Part shown: piece after piece, positions 37,598 through 53,507 of the stretch
Layout: each line of letters starts with the position of its first letter
Position numbering within the stretch: the first letter of the stretch is position 1
NCBI RefSeq assembly: GCF_006345805.1
Contig: NC_042998.1
Span: 62,310,001 to 62,374,000, forward strand
DNA: 64,000 bases
Direction: 5' to 3'
DNA from: Octopus sinensis
Taxonomy: Eukaryota
Position numbers and translations under genes: made by a program
The notes under the pieces: model-generated
Database searches by the model: none
What the model was told of the DNA's origin: nothing
The model's input: the letters and a program-made list of their open reading frames with translations, nothing else

Positions 37598-37821
37598 CAG
37601 TAATCCCTCGCCATATCGCGATTCACTTATCGCGGTTTATTATTTAAGCTTACGTCGATTCCTCCGTGGAGTTGTTTCGCATTTATAATAAAATAAATAT
37701 ATACAAATTATAAAAATAATTTTAAAATATATTCAGTACAGTACTGTTTCTACTTCGCGGATTTTCACATATCGCGGTGGGGTTTTGGAACATAACATAC
37801 GCGATGGTCGAGGGCTTACTG
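37598..37821. mobile_element. Tigger/pogo-like MITE
   Basis: TIRs CAGTAATCCCTCG / CGAGGGCTTACTG with TA on both sides; second copy at 62797-63020. Confidence 0.8.
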
Positions 37822-38764
37822 TACCTACTTGTACTTGTCAACCGGTGTTGGTATTTTACGTCCCCACAACTTAGCGGTTCGACAAAAGAAAATAAGCACC
37901 AGGCTCTCAAGAAAAAAGAAAGGGTCGGTTCATTCGATTAAGATTCCTCAAGGCGGTGCCCCAGCATGGCCGCAGCCTAATGACTGAAACAAGTAAAAAA
38001 AAAAATAGAGAGGTAAAAGAAAGAAATGCCAGGAATCGAAACAAACACCGTATGGCATTATGTTCGATACTCTAACGACTCTGCCAGTTAGCAAAGAAAT
38101 TCTTTAAAATATCAGACTTACGGTTTTTAATGCTGTGTGTTCAAATCTGACTGAGATCGACCTTGCATTCCACTCTGCTGGGGTTCATAAAATACGGTTA
38201 AATAGATAAATAGATTGGTTGAATCTGTAGAGCGTCGGACAAATTGGCTTGTGGCGTTTAGTAACGGATCTTAACGTTCTCAGTTCAAATTTCGTTGAGA
38301 TCACCTTTGCTTCTCGTCCTTCTGAGGTTGATTAAAATAGCAGTCTAGTTATATGATCGATAAAATCGATTAACCCCTTTCCATCAAATCTTATCGTTTT
38401 GTACTTATGTTAGAAATCATTCTTTTGTGTGTGTTTTATAGAAAATATTTTCCTCCTATCTTTTTAATTAATTATCAAGTTTCAAAGGTTAAATGTTATA
38501 ATGTGTTAAACTCTTAATTAAAATATAAGCCTGTCCTTATCCTTATCACCTAGAGCAATTCAATTCCATTTAATTAATTTATTTCTATAATAAATCAAAG
38601 AAAAATACGTTTACAGCAAACTCCTTGACATTTTTTAAACGTACAATAATCATAAAATAGAAAATATAAATTTTTCTATTATTATTATTTATTCAAGGCG
38701 CTACCTGGAATTGAACTCACAATCAGGAACCCTCGCCGTTGTAACCGACGGAGTGCCACGATTG

Positions 38765-39625
38765 GTGGTTCACAGCTGGTAGAATCGTTAGCACGCCGGG
38801 CGAAATGCTTAGCGGTATTTTGTCTGCCGTTACGTTCTGAGTTCAAATTCCGCCAAGGTCGACTTTGCCTTTCATCCTTTCGGGGTCGATTAAATAAGTA
38901 CCAGTTACGCACTGGGGTCAATATAATCGACTTAATCGGTTTGTCTGTCCTTGTTTGTCCTCTCTGTGTTTAGCCCCTTGTGGGTAGTAAAGAAATAGGC
39001 ATTTCGTCTTTAAGGGCGGCGAGTTGGCAGAAACGTTAGCGCGCCGGGCGAAATGCTTAGCCGTTACATTCTGAGTACAAATTCCGCCGAGGTCGACTTT
39101 GCCTTTCATCCTTTCGGGGTCGAGAAATTAAGTACCAGTTACGCACTGGGGGCGATATAATCAACTTAATCCGTTTGTCTGTCCTTGTTTGTCCTCTCTG
39201 TGTTTAGCCCCTTGTGGGTAGTAAAGAAATAGGTATTTCTTCTGCCGCTACGTTCTGAGTTCAAATTCTGTGGAGGTCGACTTTGCCTTTCATCCTTTCG
39301 GGGACGATGGAATAAGTACCAGTTACGCACTGGGGTTGATTACATCGACTAGTCCCCAACTCCAAAATTTCAAGCCTTGTACCTATGGTAGAAAAGATTA
39401 TTATTATTACTTGAAGGCGGCGATCTGGCTGAACCGTTAGAACGCTGGGCAAAATGCTTAGCGGCATTTCGTCCGTCTTTACGCCCCGAGTTCAAATTCC
39501 GCCGGGTTCGACTTTGCCTTTCATTCTTTCGGGGTCGATAAATTAAGTACCAATTGCGTACTGGGGTCGATCTAATCGACTGGCCCCTTCTCCCCAAATT
39601 TTCAAGGCCTTGTGCTTAGAGTAGA
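38765..39625 (+). mobile_element. SINE family B cluster including head-to-tail multimers
   Basis: Four GTCGACTTTGCCTTTCAT(C/T)CTTTCGGGG-type units. Confidence 0.85.
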
Positions 39626-40064
39626 AATAACTATTAGCGGCTCGCTGTAGCACAGTGCAATGTAAACGATGTCAAGAGGAAGACAGGGAGAGGGGGAGAA
39701 AGAGTGAGAGTGAGAGAGGGATGGGGAGAGACAGAGGAGAAATATGGGAGACGAAGAGAGAGAGAGAGAGAGAAGGGAGAGAGAGGAAAAGAAAAGAGAA
39801 AGATACTGAGAGGCGGAGGAGAATGGAGTCCAAGTATTTAACGGGTACTTCATTTATCGACCTTTGAAGGTTGAAAGCCAAGTTGACCCCAGTGGGATTT
39901 GAACTCAGAACGCATAGAACCGAAACAAATACCGCATTGAGCTAAATTTTAGTTATGTTATGCGAAACTATACAGAAGTATAGAAATTGCGTCCGATATT
40001 GCCAGATGACACGAACACGTTCGTACAAATATGTTACACATACACACATGTCGTGCGCGCACAC

Positions 40065-41700
<1,636 letters not shown>

Positions 41701-41924
41701 TTAATCAGATATAGTGCTGGTATGGTTTAGCTCCAGGACAACTCTAGTGAAAAAAGACATTCCAATGTATCAAGAGAAACATTTATTTAATAGGTTCTTC
41801 CTCTCTTTTAAACGGTGTAATGTGGTTTGGGGAAGAGTTCACTAACTTTTTCTAGCATGCTGCGTAACCACGTAGAGGCTTCCCCGTCGGCTAGTTTTTA
41901 TCATTATTATCATTATTATTATTA

Positions 41925-41975
<51 letters not shown>

Positions 41976-42019
41976 CATTCTTCTTCTTCTTTTTCTTCTT
42001 CTTCTTCTTGTTATTATTG

Positions 42020-42400
42020 AGTGAGAGAGCAGTGCATGCCATCAGAGTGACACTGTGGTTAAATATACGAAACCTAGTATACGAAACCTAGTATACTCAT
42101 TATGACTACCCGTCTGATAAGGGTACACCAGGCACATGCATTACAACCATATGTGCGCACAATGGTGATCTCGTATCAAGATAAACAGCGCATGACCTTG
42201 CAGGTGGGGCCTAGTTAGAATTTTCTTCTCCAGGTTGAGTAGCCCATCCCGCTCAAAAGGTCCCTGAATAAGGGTTGTTTAAGGATGTTGAACAAAATAC
42301 CCATGTTTCCAGAGGTGAATTATTCAAACCCCCAAAAAATTCTTCTCAACACATGGCTATGATGCTCCCCCACTACTTCTGCTCGCGATCAGAGATGCAT
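42020..42400. mobile_element. Dispersed repeat (LINE UTR-like or SINE), second copy at 49905-50285
   Basis: AGGTTGAGTAGCCCATCCCGCTCAAAAGGTCCCTGAATAAGGGTTGTTTAAGGATGTTGAAC shared by both copies; flanked by (ATT)n. Confidence 0.75.
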
Positions 42401-42435
<35 letters not shown>

Positions 42436-42469
42436 CATACACACACACACACACACCACACACACACAC

Positions 42470-42552
<83 letters not shown>

Positions 42553-42576
42553 TATCTATATCTGTATCTATATCTA

Positions 42577-42675
<99 letters not shown>

Positions 42676-42813
42676 ATATATATAATTATTTGAAGCAATA
42701 TGAATCCTAACTTACAGGGAAAAAAATTCAATATAATTCTACCAATTTTTTTTCTAGTTTCAGCTCAGAGCTACGGCCATGCTGATGCACCGCCGTTTTG
42801 TGCTACACTGTTA

Positions 42814-44790
42814 TTACGACGAACCTCGTCTAATATGTGGCACTCGGTGAAGAATGGAGTTTGATATAGCTACTCTCATTTGCACCTCTTGCCGTGAGGT
42901 AGGTTCATCTGGGACTCTTGACAGGAAGATGTCCAGCTTTGATTTAAAATCCGCTACATCTACTTTGTGCAAGTTCCTCAGACTCTTTGGGAGAATATTA
43001 AAAAGCTGTGGGCCCTTGAAACCCAGGCTGTTGCAGAATCTGGTCCTGAAGCGTGATGGCATTGCTGGGATCTTTGGCACTATGCAGTGTCGTCCCGTTC
43101 TAGCATTGGTGTAGCTTACAATGCCAAAATTTGGCACAATTCCTTCCAGGATCTTCCAGACATATATTACTGCATACCTCTCCCGTCTTCTCTCCAGGGA
43201 GTAGAGTCTTAGCTGTTTCAACCTTTCCCAGTAGCTGAGCTGTTGCAAAGAGACGATCTTCTTTGTGAATCTTCTCTTGATTGCTTCAAGGTCCGCTGTT
43301 AATTTTACACTGGTGAGTGACCATAGCTGTGAGCAGTAATCCAGGCGGCTGAGGACAAATGTCCGCCAGAGGACCATCATGGTTTCCTTATCTCTGGTTC
43401 TGAATGTTCTTAGGATCCACCCAGCCAGTCGTCTGTACTTTGTCGCCATCCTGGTAATGTGCACTTGGAAAGAGGTATCATTACTCATGTCGATACCCAG
43501 GTCCCTCACAGACTTTGGCTCTGGGATTGAAATTCCCTGTGGACCGGTGTATCCTGTAAGTTTAATATTCAGTTTTTGATGCTGGTAGCGCAGGGCCTGG
43601 AATTTTTCAGCATTAAACTGCATATTATTATCCTCAGCCCATCTGTAGATTGAGTCCAACTCCTGCTGCAGGTGTGCAACATCGCTGGGGTTCTGTATTT
43701 TCTGCGAGACTTTCGTATCGTCTGCATAGCTGACCAGAGTGGCTATCCGGGCATTTGAGGGCATATCTGAGAGGGCCACTATAAAAAGCAGTGGTTACAA
43801 GACAGTGCCCTGTGGAACACCGCTCACTATTTGTGTGTTCATAGAGGTGGCTCCATTAACCACTACTGCCCGACTCCTATCTTTCAGGAAGTCATGCAAC
43901 CACACTCCAAGTTTTCCAGCTATGCCGAGGTCACGCAGTTTGTGACATATCATACCATGATCCACCATGTCAAAAGCTTTTGCAAAATCAAGGTAGATTA
44001 CGTCCACATTTGATTTTTTGAGTAACTGCCTCAACACCCAGTCATAATGCTGTAAGAGCTGGGTCAGGCAGCTCCTACCTGGTCGAAAACCATGCTGGGT
44101 ATCACTCAGCAAGTTATTTTCCTCAAGGAATGCGATTAGTTTCTTTCTGACTATCCGTTCCAGGACTTTGCTGATGTGTGAAGTCAGAGAGATAGGCCTG
44201 TAGTTTTTGGCATCTGCTCTACTTCCCCCTTTATGTATTGGACATATTATTCCCTCCTTCAGCTTGCTTGGCAGTTTGCCATTCGCCAGAAAGCTCTGGA
44301 AGAGAATCTTGAGGGGTTTTGCCAGGGCATGCTTACACGCTTTGAGGAGGATGGCTGGGAAACCGTCTGGACCAGCAGCTGAGTTTGTGTCCACTTCATC
44401 TATGGCTAGTAGGAATCTTTTCGCTAATGTCAATACATTCTATTGTAACCTCCTCGCTGGTTATAGGTGAGGCGGCAAAGAAGTCCACTGGTTCGTTCAC
44501 TTGTCTGTGTTCCAGCGGGGTGGTAAAGACACTTTTGAACTGGTCATTCAGCATCTCACTGATCATAGTTGGACTGTCTGTGAGGGAGCCATCCTTTTGG
44601 AGGAGGGGTCCTATCTTGTAGTGCATTGAGACTGTTTCTTTCGCGTAATGAAAGAAGGCCTTTGGGTTTGATTTAATGTTTTTTATAACCCAGGCTTCTT
44701 TGTCTGCTTTCTCCTTCACATAGGATTGTTGCAGCCTCTTTTCGATCTCCATCAGTGTTGTTTTTAGGCGGGACGTTTTAGGCGGGCTTA
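42814..44790 (-). mobile_element. 5'-truncated non-LTR retrotransposon RT (CR1/L2-group-like), pseudogenised
   Basis: AAGPDG, NYRPISLTS, QHGFRPGRSC, YLDFAKAFD, SGVPQGTVL*PLLF, YADD, LERRRER; in-frame TAA at 43795-43797 and a frameshift near 44420. Confidence 0.92.
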
Positions 44791-44889
44791 CAAAGTTAGG
44801 GTTAGGTCCTGTATTCTTTTTTTGACAGTAGTGATGGTTCCGATTTTTAGACAGGTGTGTATCGGTGTTTGCGTGTTGTTTTGATTTTC

Positions 44890-45946
44890 TTATTTTCTTA
44901 TTTTTTGCAAACACCAGAGACACACGACTACAAGAACTAAAAGATACTCTCATTACCAGGAACTACCCACCTTCACTTATTGACATATGCATTCAACGTG
45001 CCCTCCAACTCAACATCCAGGAACTCAGACATCCCAAATCAAAGAAAAATTTACGACCAAAACCCTTACCATACATCTCCACACACAACCCTCTCAACAA
45101 TGAAGCCTTCGACACCATCCTCCAAACATACCCCTGCTAAAAAAAGACCACAGAATGAACACAATCCTCCAAACACACACGATCATAAAAAGCAAGAGAC
45201 AGCCTAAATCTATGAAAAGTCTCCTAACACAAGCCCGAATACACTCTACAACTCAAAAGCCGACAGTTAAAAAATGTGGAAGACCCAATTGCGGAATATG
45301 CGATTATCTAATTGAAGGATCAGTGTTCTCCTTCAAACAGGGACAACGGTTTACAGTGAAAAGCAACTTCACATGTGCTTCGGAGAACCTGATATACACA
45401 CTAACCTGTTCTGGGTGTCAAGAGCAGTACATAGGCCAAACGAAAAATAGCTTGCGTAAAAGAATGGCCCTGCACAGATCCCAGATAAAAATTCCCCAAA
45501 ACAGAAAAATAACATTCAGCCAACACATAGATACTTGCGCCAACAACAAAACACCAAACTTCAGGATTTTCCCCCTCTACCAATTCAGGGACGATACAAC
45601 CTCGAGCCAACGAATAAGTAAAGAAACTATCTTTATTACAAAATATAAGCCCCTTCTGAACGGGTCTACGACAAACGATATATACCCCTCTGCTTTAGAA
45701 TAACACAAATACACACGCAAATATTCCATTCCTAAGAATCCACTACAAATCAGCCCCAGTCACAGCTATAACCCATAACGTGCCAACTTTAAGTCATACA
45801 ACACCTCACTACTTCCACTCATTCATATTCTCCTTCCTCTTTCTTCTTCTTCTTCTTCTTCTTCTTCTTCTTCTTCTTCTTCTTCTTCTTCTTCTTCTTC
45901 TTCTTCTTCTTCTTCTTCTTCTTCTTCAGCATCATCAACATCGTCC

Positions 45947-45979
<33 letters not shown>

Positions 45980-46552
45980 ACATCATCATCATCATCATCA
46001 TCATCATTATCATCTTCTTCTTCTTCTTCTTCTCTTCTTCTCTTCTTCTTCTCTTCTTCTTCTTCTTCTTCTTCTTCTTCTTCATCATCATCTTCTCCCC
46101 CTTCTACTTCCTAACTTTATCACTAATGCTTTTTAGTATAACACCTACGCAAATTCTATAGACAAACCTTTCAATAGAAATACCCTCATGAACTGCTAGC
46201 CGCTACTGACCATTCAAAATACAACAATCAAGGCACTCCCAAAATTTCCCCCCTTCTCCTTATCATCCTTCTTCTTCTTCTTCTTCTTCTTCTTCTTCTT
46301 CTTCTTCTTCTTCTTCTTCTTCTTCTTCTTCTTCTTCTTCTTCTTCTTCTTCTTCTTCTTCTTCTTCCCTACCAAGAATTCACAAGTGTGAACAAGAGAG
46401 ACAGAGCAAGGCAGAAACAAGGAAAATGCCACTTATATTTGAACACTATACAAATATTCCTTTAAAAAAACATTTCTTTTAATTTTTCTAAATTTAATTA
46501 TTTAATCGTTACAGTTGAAAAGGTCTCAAAATGACTGAAACCGGTACTGAAA
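44890..46552 (+). mobile_element. 5'-truncated Penelope-like element (Neptune-like): RT thumb + GIY-YIG endonuclease + pLTR
   Basis: RLQELKDTLITRNYPPSLID..PLPYISTHNP, one frameshift at about 45130, CGRPNCGIC..NLIYTLTCSGCQEQYIGQT..RKRMALHRS..KETIFITKY (stop 45703); HHR-like motif at the 3' end. Confidence 0.9.
46509..46552 (+). ncRNA. Core-mutated minimal hammerhead motif
   Basis: CAG-TTGAAAA-GGTC..GACT-GAAA-CCGG-TA-CTG; the core differs from CTGAAGA at two positions. Confidence 0.55.
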
Positions 46553-46679
46553 TGTTCTTTATAAAATTACTTTAGTATTGGGGTAAATTCATTCGACTAA
46601 AATTCTTTAGGACGGCGCCCCAGCCTGGTCGCAGTGGCTGAAATAAGTAAAACATAAAGGATATATTTATATACTGTTT

Positions 46680-46975
46680 GTTCCTTCTCGAGCCATGCCT
46701 GGCTCATAAGGACCCGTTTCCCGGTTTCCTTGGCGTATAGGTTCCCCACTTGGACGGAACGCCAGTCCGTCGCAGGTGAGCTGCAAGATACAGGAAGAAA
46801 GAGTGAGAGAAATTTGTGGCGAAAGAGTCAGCAGAAGTTCGCCATTACCTTCTGCCGGAGCCGCGTAGAGATTAGGTGTTTCGCTCATAAACAAAAAACA
46901 TTGCCTGGTCTGAGATTCGAACCCGCGGTCCCTCGACCGCGAGTCAGCTGCTCTAACCAGTTGGCCATATGCCTA
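46680..46975 (-). mobile_element. SINE family E copy
   Basis: Similar to 32840-33123. Confidence 0.75.
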
Positions 46976-47524
46976 CACACACACACACACATAATCATTT
47001 TGCTTGTCCCTTCGTTATTTAGCCCGTCCGTAGCGCTTCCACGTGATTAGTTGAAGGGGGAAAAGAAGGCGGGCAAGGGGAAGCTGATGGCAGGAGAGAA
47101 ATGGAAGGGGAGGGAGAGGTGGTGAGTGAAATGTGCAATCATTTTTTTTGGCAACTAAGCTTTTCCTCCGTTACTCAGCCTGTCTGTAACACTTTCACGC
47201 GATTAGTTGAAAGGAAAAGCGAAGAGCGAAATAAAAAAGGAGAGGGAAAAAGTGGGTAAGGCGAAGAGTGAGAGAGAAAGAGGGAGAGTGCTGTGTATAA
47301 AGTCTATAAAATTGTGCATAAAGTATATAAAGTGTATATATAAAGTACATAAAGTAATCATTGTATTCCAATTTCCTTCACTTTTCAATGATTAACAGAT
47401 GAGCGATTATCTTGTGATACAGACACAACACAGGTTACGCTTTCAGATGTTTGAATTAAGTTTTCAGAAATAACCCAATAAGTCTACCATTAATTCCGGG
47501 AAATATTCACGGGTCTCGCTTGTA

Positions 47525-47920
47525 TACTCTCTCTCTTTACTCTTTTACTTGTTTCAGTCATTTGACTGCGGCCATGCTGGAGCACCGCCTTTAGTCGAGC
47601 AAATCGACCCCAGGACTTATTCTTTGTAAGCCCAGTACTTATTCTATCGGTCTCTTTTGCCGAACCGCTAAGTGACGGGGACGTAAACACACCAGCATCG
47701 GTTGTCAAGCAATGCTAGGGGGACAAACATACACACACACACATATATATACATATATACGACGGGCTTCTTTCAGTTTCCGCCTACCAAATCCACTCAC
47801 AAGGCTTTGGTTGGCCCGAGGCTATAGTAGAAGACACTTGCCCAAGGTGCCACGCAGTGGGACTGAACCCGGAACCATGTGGTTGGTAAGCAAGCTACTT
47901 ACCACACAGCCACTCCTGCG
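47525..47920 (-). mobile_element. SINE family A copy (close to consensus, probably young)
   Basis: Complete, undecayed head and tail. Confidence 0.9.
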
Positions 47921-48174
47921 TATATATATTAATTGTGTTATTTGTGTTAATTGCATTGAAAAGCCTCAGCAAAGGCGAAGCGCGTCTGCTGTTCTCGCGA
48001 GTTACTGCATCGATAATGTTGGTTTCGTTCATTGTGCTTTTCTTTTTAAGTTTTGAACACACTAAGGCTTTGCAGAAATTTTATTTCAGGCAACTCCACA
48101 ACCTCATGCCTTCTAACCGTCTGGATGCACTTAGAATGGTACACAGATCGCGATATGTATGTATCGCGATATGT

Positions 48175-48407
48175 ATGCGGCGAGCTGGCAGAAACGTTAG
48201 CACGCCAGGCGAAATGCATAGCCGTATTTCGTCTGCCGTTACGTTTTCAGTTCAAATTCCGCCGAGGTCGACTTTGCCTTTCATCCTTTCGGGGTCGTTA
48301 AATTAAGTACCAGTTACGCACTGGGGTCGATGTAATCGACTTAATCGGTTTGTCTGTCCTTGTTTGTCCTCTCTGTGTTTAGCCACTTGTGGGTAGTAAA
48401 GAAATAG

Positions 48408-48408
<1 letters not shown>
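48175..48408 (+). mobile_element. SINE family B copy
   Basis: GGCGAGCTGGCAGAAACGTTAGCACGCC.. full unit. Confidence 0.85.
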
Positions 48409-48438
<30 letters not shown>

Positions 48439-48787
48439 TGTATGTATGTATGTATGTATGTATGTATGTATGTATGTATGTATGTATGTACGTATGCGTG
48501 CATGTATTTACGTATGATTGTATGTATGTATGTCATTGTTCAGTTTTATTTCAAAATTTCTTGCTAATAGAGAAAGAGCTGATCTTAAACCTAGATTCAA
48601 GGCTCCTTCATTGGAATTTCAACATCAACAACGGGATTTTTGTCTGTATGTATGTACGCATGTATGTATATATGTATGTACGTATGTATGTGCGTATGTA
48701 TGTATGTATATGCGCAGATTTGTATATTTTGTTTTATGTATGCATTCTCATGCATATAGCTGCATGTATAGACATGCTCATGTATAT

Positions 48788-49425
48788 TTAAATGATAAAC
48801 TTCAGGAAAGTTTTACAGATTGTTGCAGTTCCAGTGATGGATTGGATCTGTAGTCTTCGAATTAGCTTTCTCCTTTCTGGTCCTGTGAAGCCCAATTTCT
48901 CAAGATTGGTATTTTGGCAGTGTGTTACATATGCCAGGGCCCCAATAATTACAGGTATAAACCTGAACTTGTAATCAGGATGGAATAACCGCAGATTTCT
49001 CAATAGTTCAACAATATAAGTGTTCTCTTTTTCACTGATTTGCAGTTTGATGTTAACATCCGATGAACAGCTAATTTCCACAACTATACACAGTTTTTTG
49101 CATGTAGTTTCTCTACTCTGTCCCAAATCATTATATCAGGTCTGTTGTGCTAACATTTTATTGAGGTCTTCACTGGTACATTCCACCAGTATTCCTTTTC
49201 ATTATGAGTGGCTATGGCTTCTACCATATTGTGGGTTTTTATTTCTTTGTCCTCGGGGTTATCTTTCCGACGGTTTAATTACAGAGTGTCCTAGCTACAA
49301 CATCTTGTCTCATCGGTAGATAATACCGTGATGACATTTTCGGACAAATGCTTACGATGTGGGTGATATATTTGGTGTTAACTCCACAAAGTCTGCATCG
49401 GTTGTCACATTTTCCTGCATCTCTC
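48788..49425 (-). mobile_element. Second R4/Dong-type LINE 3' fragment (CCHC + RLE)
   Basis: DNRCRLCG..ITHIVSICPKMSSRYYLPMRQDVVAR; YWWNVPV..HNRPDIMIWD; VVEISC..FIPVIIGAL..TICKTFLKF. Confidence 0.85.
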
Positions 49426-50280
49426 TCACTTTTGTGTATCAGGTATTTGGGTGATATTTCCTATTCATGGATTGCAAAATTAAATTAATGAATTATTTGT
49501 TATTAAGCTGTTTATTCCACATCAAATTCGTGTTCTATGACTTCAAAAGCATATAAAAAGACATATCACATGACATTCTTGGTAATAATTTCTGATTTCA
49601 TTAAACAATTGTGTGTTTTGGTCGCTACTTTGGATTTCTGCCATACTGGAAAATCAAATACCAAAATTAATATTATTTTTGGATTCAGCGTATTAAAAAT
49701 ATTTACGAGCACTAAGGGTCTTAAATTGATTAAATTAGTATTTACCCCTATTTTGAGGAGAAGCTTCAAACTCCAATGGATATGTACAGGGGATTGCCAA
49801 AATCGAAGTATAAAAAACGTTTATATCGTTGTTTTGTGACCATAACTACAACTTTTCAGTGGGTTCTCCAAAAAAGCTCGAAAAAATTAAAATAACATTC
49901 CCACCCTACTTGTAGATGGGGCCCAGTTAAAATTTTCTTAAGGTTGAGTAGCCCATCCCGCTCAAAAGGTCCCTGAATAAGGGTTGTTTAAGGATGTTGA
50001 ACGAAACACCCATGTTTCCAGAGGTGAATTATTCAAACCCCCAATAATCCCTCTCAACACATACCTATGATGCTTCCTCACTACTTCTGCTCATGATCAG
50101 AGATGCATACATCGTCAACCACTAAGAGATGTTGCTCAACTAGTTAAGGTCAAACAACTGAAAGCAAACCTGTGGTATTGAGCAGAATATTTGCTGTAGC
50201 CCATCTTTTATACCAAAACATGATAATAATCAGTTAAGATCAGAAGCTATGAGAGCCACTGTCTGGTACTGCTTCAGGGC

Positions 50281-50326
<46 letters not shown>

Positions 50327-50785
50327 TATTTTTTTTTTTTATATTATTATTATTATTGTTGTTGTTGTTGTTGTTGTTATAAAGGAGCAGACTCGTTTCC
50401 AGACCGCTTGTAGTGAATTGCATTTTTGCTGAAGTTACAGAATGAAATATTTCTTTTGGTTTCTTTTCTTTCTTTTTATGATTATTTCCAAACAGGCAAC
50501 TTTCAGAATGTGTGGATGTTTATCCCAATGCTGGAATAGAGAAAAATGAAAAATAAAAAAAGGCTATTTTAGGCATATTTTTACTTCGCGTATTTATGTT
50601 CATTTCTATATGTCCTCTAGTTCTAAAGGAGTGGGAAATGGTCTAAATAAAAATAACAATAAACATTACAACGCAAAATACAAATAGAAATCAAATAGAA
50701 AACAAAATTATATGAACATATATAGAGAGGTACACTTTGTTAAAAAAATATGACATTTTAACACGTGAAAATATAAATCTACACG

Positions 50786-51105
50786 AAACAAGTGACACTC
50801 CATCGGTTACGACGACGAGGGTTCCAGTTGATCCGATCAACGAAACAGCTTGCTCGTGAAATTAACGTGCATGTGTCTGAGCGCTCCACAGATAGGCGCA
50901 CTCTCAACGCAGTTCCCACGCAGATTCAGGGACATTCAGTCACAGGGCTAGCCCTTTGAAATATAGATACTACTCATTTTCCCAAAGGAGTGGACTGGTG
51001 CAACGTGAAATAAAGTGTCTTGCTCAAGGGCACAAGGCAAAGCCGAGAATCGAACTCATGATTTTACGATCGTTATCTGAATACCTCGACTAATAAGCCA
51101 CGCTC
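50786..51105 (-). mobile_element. tRNA-derived SINE (V-domain-like body)
   Basis: Minus strand GAGTTCGATTCTCGG..CCCTTGAGCAAGACACTTTATTTCACG; tail ..GGAACCCTCGTCGTCGTAACCGATGGAGTG. Confidence 0.7.
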
Positions 51106-51681
51106 CAACACGCGAAACAAACAAAAAACATTACCAGTAACGATTCTTTTGTTAGCGCTGTTAGCCAGAGAGAAGTATTAGACATTGCTCAGCTGACGGA
51201 GAATGAACAACGTGGCTGTGGTATGTTACTAAAGCATGCCTCTCGCCTCATAATTCCCGGCCTTGTGCCAGTGAGATGGCAGAATCGTTACCACATTCAA
51301 CAAAAATGCTTTTGGCTCTTCACGGTTTGAGATCAAATCCCACCGAAGCGCCAGTTAACTGAAACTCTAAATCAGAGGTTTTCAATATGATCCTTGGGGG
51401 TCCATGTAAGATTTTGTTAAAGTTTGCGTTCAATACATTGGTTATAGTTTTACAGTATTCAAAATATTTTAATTACAGTAAACCTTCGCCATATCACGTT
51501 TCCCGTATCGCGTACTCAGTACATCACGGATTTTTCTGGCTAATCTATGTAAATTTATGCCGCGTAATCCTCAGCGTATAGGTATTTATATTTTCTTAGA
51601 TTTTAATTATTTCTGTGGGAGGTTTTGGACCGTAATACCCGCGACAGTCGAGGGATTATTGTATACAATTCCTAATAGTTA

Positions 51682-51990
51682 GAGCGCATGGCTCAGTGGT
51701 TAGAGCGTCGGGCTCAAAACCATAAGGTAGTGAGTCCGATTCCCAGACTGGACTATGTGTTGTGGTTATTTCACGTTGCTCCTGTTCATTCAACTGTAAA
51801 ACTGAGTTGCGAGTTCACTGGTGCCAAACTCTATCTACGTTTTCCTTTCTCTTGGATAACATCTGTGACGTGGAGAAGTGAAGCAGGTATGCATGGGCAA
51901 CTACTGGTCTTTCATAAACACCCTTACCCGGATTTGTGCCTCGGAGGGGAATTTTCTAGGTGCGATCCCATGGTAATTCATGGCCCAATA
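51682..51990 (+). mobile_element. SINE family D copy
   Basis: Similar to 3480-3820. Confidence 0.7.
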
Positions 51991-52319
51991 CCATTTAATT
52001 ATAAAATTATGATGGGATTAAAAAAAAATATATATCAAATAGCTATGAGGGTCCACCCGAGTAAAAATATAAATTACAGTAAAAAAAAGCAAAAAAACAA
52101 AAAAACGGATGGAAACCACTGTTCTAGATATATTTAATTTATGCGACAGTTTCTCGATCTTGCAACCTCTTCGTAAATGTAAGATGGATACCTGTGGCGT
52201 ACTAGAATCGTTGCTGTAGATTCTACTGCAATGCTTTCTAAAAAAATACAGCTCAGACAAGAAATCATAAAATATATTGAAGAATATTTTCATTGTCACA
52301 AATCAAATATTTATCGCAA

Positions 52320-52752
52320 ACACTTGTGAACAGCGTTCTATTAAAGAGGGAGAAAGAAGGAGAGAGAGAGAGAGAGAGAGAGAGATTGTGAAATAAAGAG
52401 TATGAGAGACAAAGATAGAGAAATGGAAAGTGAAAGAGGGTGAGAAAGAGAGAGAGAGAGAGAGAGAGAGATGTTTGGAAATGAAGAGATTAAGAGAGAA
52501 GACTGAGAGAGATGGGTAGGTAGATAAATAGAGAAAGAGAGAGAGAGAGAGAGAGAAGAATGGGAAAGAAATAGAGAGAAGTAGATATAAACATATCGAG
52601 GTAATGATCAGTGTAGAGAGAGGTAAAGAGAAAGAGAACGAAAGAGATACAGATAGTAAGAGAGAGAGAGAGGGAGTAAAGTAGAGGTTGATAGGGAAAG
52701 AAAAAGAGACAAGGAGCGATAGAAGTAGATAGAGATAGATAGATAGATAGAG

Positions 52753-52796
<44 letters not shown>

Positions 52797-53269
52797 AAGA
52801 AAAACAAGCAAACAAATCTATCGTCTGCAATTTTCTAACCAGTTGTTTGCCTCCATTTTCTCTCTCTTTCCCGCCCCCTGCTTCCCACCGCTTCACCGCC
52901 ATCATCATCAATCTTCTTTTGCATGTTTGTCTTGTTCAAAGTACTTTTATATCGCTTTACTCCATCAAAAACACAAACAACACAAACAACATCACATCCC
53001 CCATCAGGGCTTTTATTGGTTTGATTCTTTTTTTGTTTTGTTTTGTTGTTTACTTGTTTTTGTGTTTTTTGTAATAGATTTTATGTACAGAAAATACAAT
53101 CAAATAAACGAGAAGACTCGCCTCGTACCAAACAACAACTACAGCAACTACGAAGACGACCACTTCCATTGCTGCTGCTGCTACTACTACTACTACCACC
53201 GCAACCACCACTACTGCTATCACCAATACCACCACCATCACCACCACTACTACTACTACTAACAATACC

Positions 53270-53300
<31 letters not shown>

Positions 53301-53368
53301 ACAATACCACCACCACCACCATCACCATCAGCTCCTCCTCCTCCTTCTAATACTACCACCACCACCAC

Positions 53369-53399
<31 letters not shown>

Positions 53400-53460
53400 C
53401 AATACCACCAATACCACCCCAACACCATCAGCTCCTCCTCCTCCTAATACTACTACCAAC

Positions 53461-53507
<47 letters not shown>

